Assembly (NCBI GenBank): GCA_963693365.1
Contig: CAVNZM010000001.1
Coordinates: forward strand, 604,774 to 668,773
Source: Amoebidium appalachense
Taxonomy: Eukaryota; Protista; Ichthyosporea
Length of the DNA stretch: 64,000 nt
Reading direction: 5' to 3'
Shown: one piece after another, positions 1 through 23,423 of the stretch
Layout: every line of letters starts with the position of its first letter
Position numbering within the stretch: the stretch's first letter is position 1
The notes under the pieces: model-generated
The model's input: the letters and a program-made list of their open reading frames with translations, nothing else
Told to the model about the DNA's origin: nothing
Databases searched by the model: none
Made by a program: the position numbers and the translations under genes

Positions 1-320
1 AATATAATTATTCCTAATAGTTGAAGAACATAGCACAATGCTACGTCGTGGGAAAGGAATGAGAAAGGAATGTAAGTTACTATATTTGGGAAAATACAAA
101 CGAGATATGATTGGATGACATATATAGATTTTGACGCAAACGACAATACGTGTGCGCGAGCTAAGTATGTCGATACGTACACAGATCTAAGATGTCGTGT
201 ACACGGAAACGGAAAAGAAAGAAAGAAATGAAGAAAGGAAAAGGAAACAAACTACAACAACTAATAAATAAATACCAAACTCAACTTCTAAGTCTTGCTG
301 AGAATTAAGTGAAGATGACA
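1..320 (-). mobile_element. Copia LTR family A, partial (5' part of the LTR, runs off the window)
   Basis: Reverse complement matches the start of the TSD-bounded LTR at 40770 (TGTCATCTTCAC..CTCAGCAAGACTTAGAAGTTGAG). It interrupts the coding exon at 321-565. Confidence 0.85.
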
Positions 321-1795
<1,475 letters not shown>

Positions 1796-2085
1796 TTTCA
1801 AAGGATGAGAAACACGTAGCTGCAGCTGCAATGAGAAGAAAAAGGCCGCAGCCACTGCCACACTACACGCCGCAGTGTATTGTATAGTAGCAGGTATCAC
1901 GTGGTACTGCAACGACTTTCTGCATTGAAATTAGCGAGCCTACCCAAGAATGATTGTGCTAAAAATTTTCGGGTTTGCCGTTTACATACCGTCACACCAT
2001 GCTGAGTCGGCACACGCGAGGCGCCCGCCGGCCGGGCCGTGCGGGGCGATTTGGCGCCAAAGTTTGCGCAAACTATGTAAACCCT

Positions 2086-2269
2086 AGGTGCACTGAATTC
2101 AAGTTGCACTGAATTGAATTTACATGAGCACTGGCGACGCCGGCGAGCTTTTGCACTGAATTCGATGCACTGAATCATCATGTGCCGGCCCGGGTTCGCG
2201 CCCCCCGCCCGCGCCGGTCGGTTTCAGTGCCCGGAAAGCGATTCAGTGCACCCAATTCAGTGCATCATA
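2086..2269. mobile_element. Small MITE-like palindromic element
   Basis: Four TGCACTGAAT motifs on the left are mirrored by TTCAGTGC motifs on the right. Ends are TAGGTGCACTGAATT and AATTCAGTGCATCATA. No clear TSD. Confidence 0.5.
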
Positions 2270-2689
2270 CCCCCCACCCCAGGACATGCAGTACAACCCT
2301 AGCTGGCCCCTTTCCAGCTATGCACGCGTGCGCCGCGCTCGTCCCGATCGTGCCAAAGGTATGTGCTACGTCATAGGGAGTCGAATTCCAATGACTCATC
2401 TCAAGGAATGTTATCAAGGGCACTTTTTTGAGCTCCGAATATCTGCCGATAGGCTGCCGGCCGCTCAATTCCATAACCTCCGATAGCCCCAGATCACCGC
2501 GAGCCACCGCGGCGGCACCCCAGGGTAGCCGCCGCTAAAAATCGAATCCAGCCAATCACGAATTCTGTCCACTTGCCATACGATTATCTCCGATCGGTTT
2601 TCGGTCCGCAATCCGCAGATAATCGGGGTTAAATGAGTCAAAATGAGCCAACGGGCGCGGCGATTATCTGCGGGTACGGGAGGGAGGTT

Positions 2690-3952
2690 TTCGCAGAGCA
2701 TGGTAGTCGGTGTCGAGGAGGATTTGACGAGCACGATCTTCACGTTCAGCCGCATAGGTCATACGGAGGTTGTGGAAAGCTTGGGCAGGTGACACATCAT
2801 CGTGGATTTGACCAGAGTTATACAGCTCATCATTGGAGACGAGTTGAGTAAACATCTGTTCAAGGAAGTTGGAAGCCTCGGTGTAGGCCTCCTCAGTGTC
2901 ATAGCCGTGCCACTCGTTCTCGTCCGAAGGGTCGACCCACTCGGGGGCCTTGATGACGGGCACTAACTTGGCCGCGGTGGTAGTACGTAGGTACCGGAAG
3001 ATGACGGGTTCCCACTCATAATAGGTGAGACGTTTGCCGGACTTCTTGTCCGTGGTGTCATCCCCTTTCCAGGGGGTGAGGTTGAGATATGCAGGTTTCT
3101 CCAACATGGTGATCAATCAGTCAGATGATGCGTGAGAGAGGAATCAGATCGGTATTCAAATTTGAATATTTTCGATTGCAGCGAGAGTATGTGTTGCGAG
3201 AGCGTGCGAAAATGGGCCCATAACCTGTTGTTTTGTACGGGTCTAAGGGAGCAGAGTGCACAGAGGTGTCATGTAAAACACGACTAACACATTAATGAGA
3301 GGGCAATCGGAGTTGTTCACGAGACATTGAAAGATTCAAACAACAACTGATTCTTTATTGTACTCTCGGTTCCTTTTGTACTTGCGACTTATCACCTTAT
3401 CACAACTAAAGAGGGAGAACCAATCGGTTCTATCAGAAGATAGAAAAACACATTCCGACAGAGCATGCGCATTCCAACTTCCGATTAAACTAAAGTTTAG
3501 AAACTCTTACTTAAATAAATTAAGTAATTATACATCTAGTCACTATTAACTCACATATATATTTATGTTCGTCTCTATAAAGAAACTTATTTAAATACAT
3601 ATATTTCCTAATAGTCGACACTCTCAAAGTGAAGACACTTTGCAATAAACCGAATTCCATATATGTCTATTGTCCAATAACAACACACATATATTAATAG
3701 ACAGGAATGCACAACACAATCTACAGATGTACTCGCTCGCGACTATTGGCGAGCCATCCTTTTGAGAACAAAACTAAGCCATTTTGAAATAAAGGAAAGA
3801 CAACGAGTGTAGCTAGCCAATCACGCTACCTCTTAGATAAACAGAGGAGAGCAAACAGAAATAAAATACAATAAGTTCTTATCAGGCAAGAGAGCCAGGT
3901 GTGCACAGATCTACAGATATCTGTGCCCACAGAAACAAAGGAGAGAGAGATA

Positions 3953-3988
<36 letters not shown>

Positions 3989-4122
3989 GAGAGAGAGAGA
4001 GAGAGAAAGAAAAGAGAAAAGAGAAAGAGCACAAAGAAGGAAAGCAGACACGAATACAAACAAGCTAAGACACATACATACTTCAAGGCTCTTGCTGTCA
4101 TACATGGTGACGTATTCTAACA
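2690..4122 (-). mobile_element. Ty1/copia fragment: 5' LTR family C (3226 to ~4122), PBS, truncated gag
   Basis: On the minus strand the LTR ends ..AAAACAACA, followed by PBS GGTTATGGGCCC (3214-3225). Gag ORF 2664-3116 (KPAYLNLTPW..WEPVIFRYLRTT..FHNLRMTYAAERE) is homologous to the gag at 47057+. The distal LTR boundary is approximate. Confidence 0.8.
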
Positions 4123-4472
<350 letters not shown>

Positions 4473-5383
4473 AATGGGGTCAAGTTATGATAAGCATGAA
4501 AGATCCTCATGTGGGACTCAGTTGACACTTTGGATATACACTTCACCAGCCCCCAGGAAAGCTGCATTTGCACATCGAAGCTTCCTGGTACTACGATTAA
4601 TGTTCCAGTTTAGAATATCAGTGTGATAAAGAGTCCTTTTCCCTGAATCCACCCCCGCCGCTGCACAATTGCGTACATGCAAGTACAAGCATGCATGTGC
4701 ATAACATCATCAGTTTGGTTCATACGACATACAGCCTCTCTTGCACCCGACTGGTCAGATCATGATCTGAGTGCTTCAAATTAGGGAGGATTGTTTGGAT
4801 TCTGTCTGGCCCAGTGCAGCACCCCATTTAGGGCTCGAACACACACACTATTCTTGTGTTGGGTTTATTTTTTATTTTGGTGGTGAAGTATTGAATACTG
4901 TGTATTCCACCTTCGTACGGACCTACGTTCAGTTCCTTCACAATCAATACTGTTAGATTTTATATGTCTCGCTGACCATAGCGGCAGTAGAGGTGTCAAA
5001 TAAACACGTAGATCTTTGACTAGCCGCTTTACCTTCAATTTTATTAAAACATCTTTTTTTTGACTATCCTCTTTACCTTCAATTTTTCTAAAAGGGTAAA
5101 GGGTCACTCCTATGGGGAGAAAATATGAATTCTCAGGATACGGAAAAAAGCAGCACATCACGTTTGAAAACAAAAAGAGCGAGAAACCCATTCATCCGCA
5201 CCCATTCATCCGTAAAGATTGTATGACATAACATAATGGTTGTCCTTGGTGGAGAGGTGGAGGTGGATACTCTAATTCATGGTCACACCAAGAGTTGCGT
5301 CACTCCCCCAAAATCGGCTTAATCACAAGAAGTTTCATTTCAACACTCGAATCCGGAATCAGCAATTCTGGCAATTTCTCCTA

Positions 5384-11389
<6,006 letters not shown>

Positions 11390-12245
11390 TTTGGTATTGT
11401 ATACACTGACAGTTGACGTGTTAAGAGACGATTCACAGTTGGTTGAGAGGTAGGTTCGCAGTGGAAGCGCTCCAGCTAAACGAACGATTGTCATGCTGGC
11501 CAACTGACCGTTCAGGGCCAGTCAGCATGGGTATAGTTTTAAGCGCACCAACCATCATGGCGGTGTAGCCTGGGCAAACCAGCTGTTATCAGGGTTTGCA
11601 AGCGACCGTATCAGTTTTGTCAAATTTCTAATTGATTCGGTAGGGTTTGCTTTTTTGCTTTTTTGTAGAATTATAAGAAAAGTAAGAATAGTCGGAGTAA
11701 GCGTAGAAAACCTAACATTCCGCCTAAGCCTTCTTCCGCTGGTGTACACAGGGCTTCGTATTCCAGCGTTTTCTTGGAGCGCCAGACATCTCACAATCAA
11801 ACGAACATCAGCAGCTCTGGGTTTCCAATTGGCCCGCCCCAGGGTTTGAAGTCCATACAACCCAAAATCGTTTTCAGGGTTTGCGTCACGAATCGTATCG
11901 ACCCAAAATACGGTTTAGAAAACCCCGTAATACGATTAAAAGGGTCGTTCAATTAGTCAATACGAATCTGAAGGGTGTCAAAATACTCGAAATTTGCCTA
12001 AATACGATCAAAGGCGCCAAACCCAGGCAACCCATGATCGTTATGATGGAGTCCACTCAGCCCAGGGGGTGATGTAGCTACGTGGGTGAGCTATTAGTAA
12101 AAGCCTCACCTCAGGGAGGCTCTGGGCTGAGCCACTGGATGAGTCAAGATGTGAGCAGGCGTTCATATAATGCGCCCGATAAGTTTTATTTTGATGGGCT
12201 ATAGCGCTGTTACGGAACGAACGCCACTCGAGCTCTCCGACTCTC

Positions 12246-13417
12246 CAGGGGTTGTGTGGATTTGGCTGCGCTACCCGTGTTACCCAAATGGAAATCGTAT
12301 TGTCGGAATTTTTTTTTTCTTCTGAATCGGTTTTATTGATCCGTTAATGAAGGCAACGTGCAGCCACAGGCTACATAACCACCAAGAGAACTGAAAAAGC
12401 CAAAGCGCTACGAAATAAAAATAAAGCGACAAGTGACAAAGGACACCAGCGGGCAAAACCTTAAGTGTACGTGTATGCGTGAAACTAGTTTGCTCCAACT
12501 AGTCATATGCATCGATGTTGACCAGACCACACTCCGCAAGAAGACATCATTACTGCTGCTTCCCAACAGGCCCCCCTCAAAACCTACCGAGGCACAGCAA
12601 GCAAGTCAGCCTCTAAAAGAGCAATGCAGACCAAATCTGAGCTAAAAAGCAATCCCAACGGGCCCGGCCCCTAGATAACCCGGAGAAACTGCATCTATCT
12701 CTCGAGAGCTCTGATAAGGTGGCCTAGTTGTGGCAGGACACACAGAAAAACACAATTACAGAATGCATGCAAGCAAACACGGTCATTGCCATAGCCCACC
12801 GCCAATAGGACGCATAGAAGCGTAGACAGCGTGTAGAAGTTACCATACTTAGGTTGCAGTGGACCACCAGGCGTTGAAGAAACCACTTCTCAAGCGAGAA
12901 ACTCCGCGAAAGGGAGATGCCCCCACATTCTCACAGCAGTAGGAATACACCAGGCCACACCACACACATGCTGCAGTCACGTTCCCCTGAGTGGGACTCC
13001 CTCCCACCACAAAAAGAAGAAACGAAAGCCTTATATACCTGCCATGGTGAAGAATCGGGAAAAAAGTTGACGTGACAGCTAAGAGATCGAAGTGAAAGTT
13101 TAAATCCTAATGGCGGGGGGTTCACCTCGAGCTCGTATAGACCCCTACATTACTGACTTTTCTTACAATTTAATACTCCGTTAGCAATTTTACGCCCCGA
13201 CAGCGAAAACAGGGCTTCATATTCCTCTTTTAAAAATAGCCACCTGATCACTTTTTACCTAGAAAAACACCAGTTTTCGTATGAAAGCACACCAAAATAC
13301 ACTATGGGGCATACTTGACTGCTACGATAAACCAATACAGCACCTCCCAGCGTTAGTCGTGTTGACCCCCTGGGCTAATAGTAAATACGACGAGTTTGAG
13401 TCGTAATTCAACCCCTG
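12246..13417. mobile_element. Non-autonomous hAT-type DNA transposon (1172 bp)
   Basis: TIR CAGGGGTTG...CAACCCCTG. Perfect 8-bp TSD CGACTCTC at 12238-12245 and 13418-13425; an 8-bp TSD is diagnostic of hAT. Confidence 0.85.
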
Positions 13418-14177
13418 CGACTCTCCGGCTGGTGATTGGGCGTTATAAACTTAGATCTCCCTAAACTTGTTTGTTTGTAAACCTACGCAGGCTTGCAATT
13501 CCTTGTTGCGCTACATATAAGGCCAGGTCGGATTTCTTTAGTGTTCGTTACCGGTAGTGGAAATGGTTGGGGCATTCTACACAAATTTAGAATGCCGCTA
13601 TCATACAAAAAAATCAGGCCGCGTGGGTCATGGCGTCACGGGACCAATGAAAACAGGGGGAGTACACAGTGCGACGAGTGCGTAGGGCGCAATTTAACCC
13701 CCCAGCAATATCAAATTATTTGTTACGAATGACTAATGCGGCACCAATGAGCGTTACACGTATTGACCCCTTGTACTTGTTCCTAAATACTGTGACATTT
13801 TGGGTAAGAGTGTAGGTGATCTGGTCCACCGTCCGACTGCCTACAGTATTGGTATTGGTCACTGAGAATTGCTACCCTGGCCGCTGACTGCCCCTACCAG
13901 CTGACAGAAATCTCCTAGAAAGCCTGCAGCATTTGCCTCAAATGCGCCAGATTCTATGCACTTAGTGTTTCCAGACTTATTGATGTGAGGTAGTTCCTCG
14001 AAAGTTAAGAGTTCTGCTACATGTAAGTCCTTAACTTCGGGAAAAATACCGTGACACCCGTCAATGTATATACAATCACCCCTAGGACATCTGCAGAAGT
14101 GTTGCCGTTGTGTCCGCGAATTGCTACCTTCTGGTTCGTGCCCTACTTGTTGTTGACATGTTCGTATGCAGGCCAAC

Positions 14178-17100
14178 ATGTCGACCGAGAGCATTGACCA
14201 TGTAGCCATTCAGTTCGAGAAGGCAGTCACCATCACCGACAGCCTCGAGCTGCCAAAATGTAGGTGCATACGTGGGGGCCGTGTGGTGTAGAGTGGGGGG
14301 ATTACAAGCCTTATTCCAAGAGACTTTAAGCTGACGTATACAGCATTGACCAAGCTTAGACAGGAGGTATCACACAGTTAAGCCACATGAGAATTGCCCA
14401 AAAGCAAGCAAATTTGGCTCGTCCCGCTGTTCTGACGATTACCTCTAACACACTCGCCTCACAGGCAAAAATGGCAAGTCACTGAGTCTGGTGCGTGAAA
14501 GCAGCAGCAGCAGTGTGAGGAGTTTGGATCTCAGTGAGGTGGGGTGTAAGTGTTTGATGACAAATAGAATGTTGTGCGAGTGTGGATTTGCCCGTGGCAC
14601 AAAAAGATATTTCGTTGGTTTTGACACTGGACGAAAAAGCGAGCATCTCTTTGGTTCATTTGTTTTCGATACCTGCCCAAGCTTCCGCCGGTTACTCTAG
14701 AATGATTTTGGAGCTAGATACTGTTGTGTAAGGATCGTCAGTTGGGTGGGAAGTTGGGTCGTATAACAGAGCAATAAAAGCAGCAGAGGTACTTAATATG
14801 GATGGGGCAGTTTATTTTATTTTATTTGTTTGTTTGTTTTTTTTTCATTTTTTTTTTGTTGGGGGGGAGGGGGGGGGGGGATAAGAAAGCAGCCGTTCAA
14901 CAAATTATTGCTTGTGCAATAATCTGATGTGTGTTTGTGTGTTTCTCTTTGTTTCACCCAACCACCAACATCACCATTGCCGCCGCCACCAACCATAGAA
15001 ACCACCACCACCATTTATAAAGGACCTCAGCAGCTTAGCCGGTCTGATGTTTTGACACAAAACGCACAGCCCGATGCTGAAGAAACAGCCGAGGCACGGG
15101 AGGCAGCGGCGGCGCAAGTGATTGCAGAGTTTCAGTGCATGTTGGAGGAACGCACAAAGTTCCATCTAGGCTACCCATACAACCTGGATTTCGACTATGG
15201 TGCCCTGGGCCCCCTCCAGAAATACTCCATCAACAACCTGGGCGACCCTTTTGTTGAGAGCAACTACGGCGTTCACTCACGACAGTTCGAGGTTAGGCTT
15301 CCATCACAGTAGCAAAACGCTGCTAATGGTTCATGTGACGGTGCGCCTGCATTCTTTTTACCTGTACCCTCATATAATGCAACTGGCTGTGCACCTGTAT
15401 ACATTCCACCTCTACCTCGTATCATCATTTATTTGCATGGAAAAACACATTAGATATGATCATTCTAACCTACAAGGAGATGATTTGCAAAGTGCACAAT
15501 GTCATGCAAGAGTCGTATTCTTACGTCAAAACAAATCTGCTGCGTGCTAACACTGGGGGGCAGGTTGGGGTGTTGCATTGGTTTGCCCGACTGTGGGAGA
15601 TTGAGCTGGACGACTATTGGGGCTACATAACAAACTGTGGCACCGAGGGCAACCTGCACGGCATTCTGGTTGGCCGAGAGGTGCTGGCCGATGGTGTGCT
15701 CTATGCCTCGCGTGAGACGCACTACTCCGGTGGGTCTATGTGTTTTGTGTGTTATGAGATCGTGGTGAATGCATTACATGAATTTTGTTCAAACCACTCT
15801 GCTTATATAACATTGAATCCTTCGCACCACTTGAGGCCGGCACGTTGTTCTAAGGGATTGGGGCCGTGTCACTGTATGCATTTTCTCTTTTGCCTATGTC
15901 TGTCTTTGTCTGATACCCCTGTATCAGACAAAGACAAAGTTATTTGTGTTCTAACGTGAGCATGAAATTGATAGGAGCCAACAAAAAGTGAACGTAAAAA
16001 ATAAGCAAATTTATCTAATATCTCTGAAGCAAAATTATCTAATGACTTTGTGTCAAGTTTCATAACTTTCCTTCAGCATTCGAGAGGTCCAGCCAACGAC
16101 GATTTTCACGTTTTTTTTATATTCAATATTCAGTGCAGTACATAACTTCACTCAAGCATTGCAGGGGTTCAGTGAAGACGATTTATTTCCTATCAAGCTG
16201 AATCCTCAACAGAGTCCGTAAATCCTGGCTGGGCAGACCGGTTAAGTCAGTTAGAATCAGTGTGAACAGGTGTAAGCACAGCTGTTTTTCTTCAAGAACA
16301 AAATGCACGAAGCGCCCGGGCTCCATCACCATCATAGGCCAACGCAATAGTTTATGCACGAGAGTGCTTCTGCAGGGCCGACTGGAAGGGATGGGAGTGG
16401 GGGGTGGGGGGGAGGGGAGGGGGGTTGGGAAGAGGTACACTACGGCTGGAGTGTGGTCCGGGGAGGAGGGGGGAGGGGGAGGGGGGATAGGCTATTTTGT
16501 GCATGCTTTGTAAGTAGATTGAACCGATTACCCATACATACTCTCGTAAAAGAAGATGCTGACGTTGGGGGTGGGGGGCAGTATTTAAAGCCGGCATGAT
16601 GTACCGTATGCCCCTGGTCAAGGTGGCCACCCAGCTTACCGGAGAGATAGACCTGGAAGACTTCCGCACACAGCTTCTGGCCAACGCGGGGCGGCCAGCC
16701 ATTGTCAATGTCAACATTGGCACGACGGTCAAGGGTGCCGTTGACGACCTAGACGGTGTCATTGCTACACTCAAAGCCTGTGGTTACAGCGAGGACCGCT
16801 TCTTCATCCATTGCGACGGCGCGCTTTTCGGGCTGATGCTTCCCTTTGTGAAGCAGGCAGCTCAGGTCAATTTCAAGAAGCCCATCGGGTCAGTCTCAGT
16901 TTCAGGCCACATGCCCCACGCCCTGCGGCGTCGTCATTACGCGACAGTGCCACATCAAGAAGCTGTCCCAGGAGATCGAGTACCTCAACAGCAAGGACGC
17001 AACCATTATGGGTAGCCGTAACGGCCATGCACCACTGTACATGTGGTACACGCTCAATCGCAAGGGCTAAAGCGGTACAAGCCCCAATGCGCACAGGCAT

Positions 17101-18422
17101 GCACACACAGAAACAAACAAACACGGACACATGCATGCACACCTATACAAGCCTGATACAAGCGTAGCTTGACGTAATAGCCCACACGTCCCTGGACATG
17201 TGGTAGACCCCCCCCCCCCCCCCCCCTATCCCCCGCCCGCTCCTTTCCCTACAGCCCCCCACACAGTATCTTTCCTAAGCAGCATTAATCGACCGATTTT
17301 CAATCAATAGGGTTCACTGCTGGGCCTTGCCATCGCACCACCAGCTATCTCGTTTCTCACCTTTAGCTTACTTTAGTTCTTGGTGAAGTTAACTGTGTGC
17401 CCTGCAGGCATCCGCAAGGACGTGCAGAAGTGCATCCGTAACTCGCATCTGCTGAAAGACCTGCTCGCTGATGCCGGCATCGGGTAGGTGTCACCTGGAA
17501 GGTGTGATTTGGATGTCACATGTGGAAGCAAATAAGTAAATTCTGTAGGATGGTTTCTATTTAAACCTTGAAGGGTAATCTAATTATGTAGTGAACCAAA
17601 CACCTCTGAATACACAATAGAATACATGCATCTGAATTCACACATTTGAGCTCAAATATATACGAATTTACACAGCTGAACGTATTCAAAGGACGAATAG
17701 GGGAGGCATACTGGGTTCGTGTGGTTCTTGAGATGCCAGTGGAATGCTGATGCGGGTGGCTGCAGGGTGATGCTTAACGAACTCAGCAACACATTAGTCT
17801 TTGAGCGCCCCGAGGAGACGGCCTTTGTACGCAAGTGGCAGCTAGCCTGCGAGGTGGGTTATGGTTGGTGCATTGAGTGTGCAAACATTGAGTACTGCTG
17901 CATGAGTGGTTCCTTGCTGCCTGCATATTATGGCATGGTTGGTCCCTGGTGTGAACCACATCGTTGCTGCAATGGTGTGAACCGCTACTCCATGTTTGGT
18001 GTGTAACATAGCATATGTTATATGCTAGTGAGGCCTGCAATGCTCCTTGGTTATATACATTGTATGCTAATATAATAGTGGGGCCTGGTTATAGGTGTTG
18101 TATGCCAGTGAGGCATGTAATGCTTTTGGGTTAGTGAAGTTTGCAAGTGCAAAGGACACAATGAAGCAATATATATCAGGACAGGCTTTCTACACGAAGC
18201 TCGTTTGTTTGGCGTAGCTATTGACAGGCAGTGCAGGGGCCCATAGCTCACGCTGTGGTAATGCCTAACGTTAACCCCGACAAGCTGGAGCTGTTTGTAC
18301 AAGACTACGTGGAATCACGCGATCGTGTGGCTGCCAAAAACGGCTATGCACAGCCCCACAACATCTGCGTTGCCTCCCACATCGGCAAGGTGCACTGTCG
18401 CTGCACAAGCTGCAGAACATAA
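14178..18422 (+). pseudogene. SDC: Serine decarboxylase-like (group II PLP decarboxylase, SDC/HDC clade), disabled. Exons 14178-14259, 14465-14538, 15070-15291, 15564-15729, 16582-17074, 17408-17483, 17766-17853, 18237-18422
   Basis: Motifs [108 protein letters not shown]. At 16908-16912 SVSGH joins out of frame to [11 protein letters not shown] (the K-F-x-G codons are missing), and there is an in-frame TAA at 17068. Confidence 0.9.
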
Positions 18423-19203
18423 GAATGCCTGTGGTTGGCCTCTGCTGGGGATTACCGTGCCTAGGCATTTGTTCTTTGTGTAAGTATAAGACCTTGTCTT
18501 GCTTGTCGGCAAATTGATGTGTTTTTATGGAACCCTGTAGTGCTCATTGGTTACTAGTGGTTAGGTCACTTGTGTGCGTACGGAACTTTCTAGGGCTGGT
18601 CGGTGTAGATTTGATGGTATGGAATCTTGTAGTGCTGTTGCTTATTGGTGGTTGGAGTGGGATGCCATACAGTGATTGCTCCACCTCCAACAATGTGTAT
18701 GGAATAAGTCGATCAGGAAGTTAAACCACGCTGGCAGTCCATACTAGTTTAACGGCAAGTATCTTTTCCATTAGCAACTTGTTATTAAATTGGTGAAGGT
18801 AAATTCAATGGGTGTGATGTAACGGGTGTGGCATCTATGTGAATATATGTAGGCCTGGGCGTGGCCGCCATCAGATGCAACTAGAGTCTACAAGTCCAGA
18901 CACCGAGAAGCTGGAATCTGAAAGCTGGGTAATAGAAGTCTGCAGCGTCATTCGCAACCCCCCCCCCCCCCCCCCTCCCCCCTCCTCCTCCCCCTGTTGT
19001 TTTGTACGGGTCTAAGGGAGCACAGTGCACAGAGGTGTCATGTAAACACGACCAACACAATAAAGAGAGGGCAATCGGAGGTGCTCACGACACATGAAAG
19101 ATATCAAACAACAACTGATCCTTTATTGTGCTCTCGGTTCTTTTTTGTACTTGCAACTTATCATCTTATCTCAACTAAAGGGGGAGAACCAATCGGTTCT
19201 ATC

Positions 19204-21715
<2,512 letters not shown>

Positions 21716-22487
21716 CGGTTCTATCAGATGATAGAAAAACACATTCCAACAGAGCATACGCATTCCAACTTCAGACCTAACTAAAGTTTAGAAACTCTTA
21801 CTTAAATAATTTAAGTAATTATATATCTTGTCACTACTAATACACACATATATTTATACTCGTCTCTATAAAGAAACTCATTTAAATACATACATTTCCT
21901 CAGCCTGCTTACGTTTGAATACATGGGCGGGTCCGGACATACGTTTGATTGGCTGGTAGGCCAGGCATCAATCGCCAGAGGAGGGGTAAAATCAATTAGA
22001 GCCAAATGATTACATATGGGATTTCCATCGTTTTGTACCGTGTGTGCCTCAAGCTGCAAGGCGCACACTGAACCACAGGCAGCTGAAGAAGCTTATTTAT
22101 ATAGTGCCGGTTCTTGCTGCAAAAGCCAATAGCTTTACAGGTTACCGTAGCTCATGATAAAGAACCACTTAGGTAGCGACTTAGCCCAGCTTGGCGGCTG
22201 CCGGGGCCGCCGTCAGCCCGCCGAGCCCGGCCGCCGCCTATAGGGAGCGCCTACTTGACTGATCGTTTTGCCGTACTGAAAGCTGCTTTAAAAGCAGCGC
22301 CAACTGTCAAATTGACATAGCTTTACAATAGTATAAACAAAAAAGTTATTTTTCTTCATGTAAATAACGTTTTTGTTGTTGTTATATTGGGTCTGTAACT
22401 TAGGGTTGCTTCAGCCCAGTGGCGGCCCTTACATTCTCTCGCACCCCCTCTAAAACCAAATGTCCCTTCACTGGTTACACCCTCGTT

Positions 22488-22538
<51 letters not shown>

Positions 22539-23323
22539 CCGCCGCCGCCGCCGCTGCAAACGAAAATTTCGAGGGGGGGGGGGGTTTGAATGCGGAACAC
22601 GGTACGAGGGGGGGGGGGATTTTTTTTGGTGGGGGGGGGGGGGGGGGGGAACGAAAGTTCGAGGGGCGGGGGGGGGGGGGGGAACGAGGGGGGAGGGGGG
22701 GGGGTTTGAATGCGGAACACGGTACGAGGGGGGGGGGGGGGGGGTTTGTGGGGGGTGGGGCCGGGGGGGGGGGGGGGGGGGGGGGAATCCGAGTCTGCAG
22801 TGTGCTTGCCATTAGTGTCATTATTAATTAAACAGCTGCAGCATGTGAAAGTGACCTGCAATCACTTCTACACATTAATATTATGGTATTTTGACTACGC
22901 GTAATGATATCATAGGTATTAACAAGGCGAATGTCGCATGCATGGATGTAGTGTGTGCTTGACATGTATGTGGTTGCGTGTGTGCATGTGTGGTATATTA
23001 TACCGGATATCTAGTATGGATGTACACAGGTTGAGATATACGCGCGTGTGTACATGTATATATACCACTGTGTTTGATCTTAGGTAGGCCAGTATGCATG
23101 TCCCCCCCCAGTCTTGTGCACATGAGCATGGAATTAGACATATGTGCACGTGCAGCTTGCATGATTATTCATGGGAAAACAGATATAATAGCCGCATGGG
23201 ACCGACACGTAGTAGAGGAACCATGAGCGTTTATGTCAGAGTTTTGTCATGGGATAATTAAAATTTTCAGAGGGGCCCGAAGTGGAAGCTCCGTGTGTTG
23301 CCATGTGTGTGTGTGTGTCACAC

Positions 23324-23373
<50 letters not shown>

Positions 23374-23392
23374 TGTGTGTTTGTGCGTGTGT

Positions 23393-23423
<31 letters not shown>

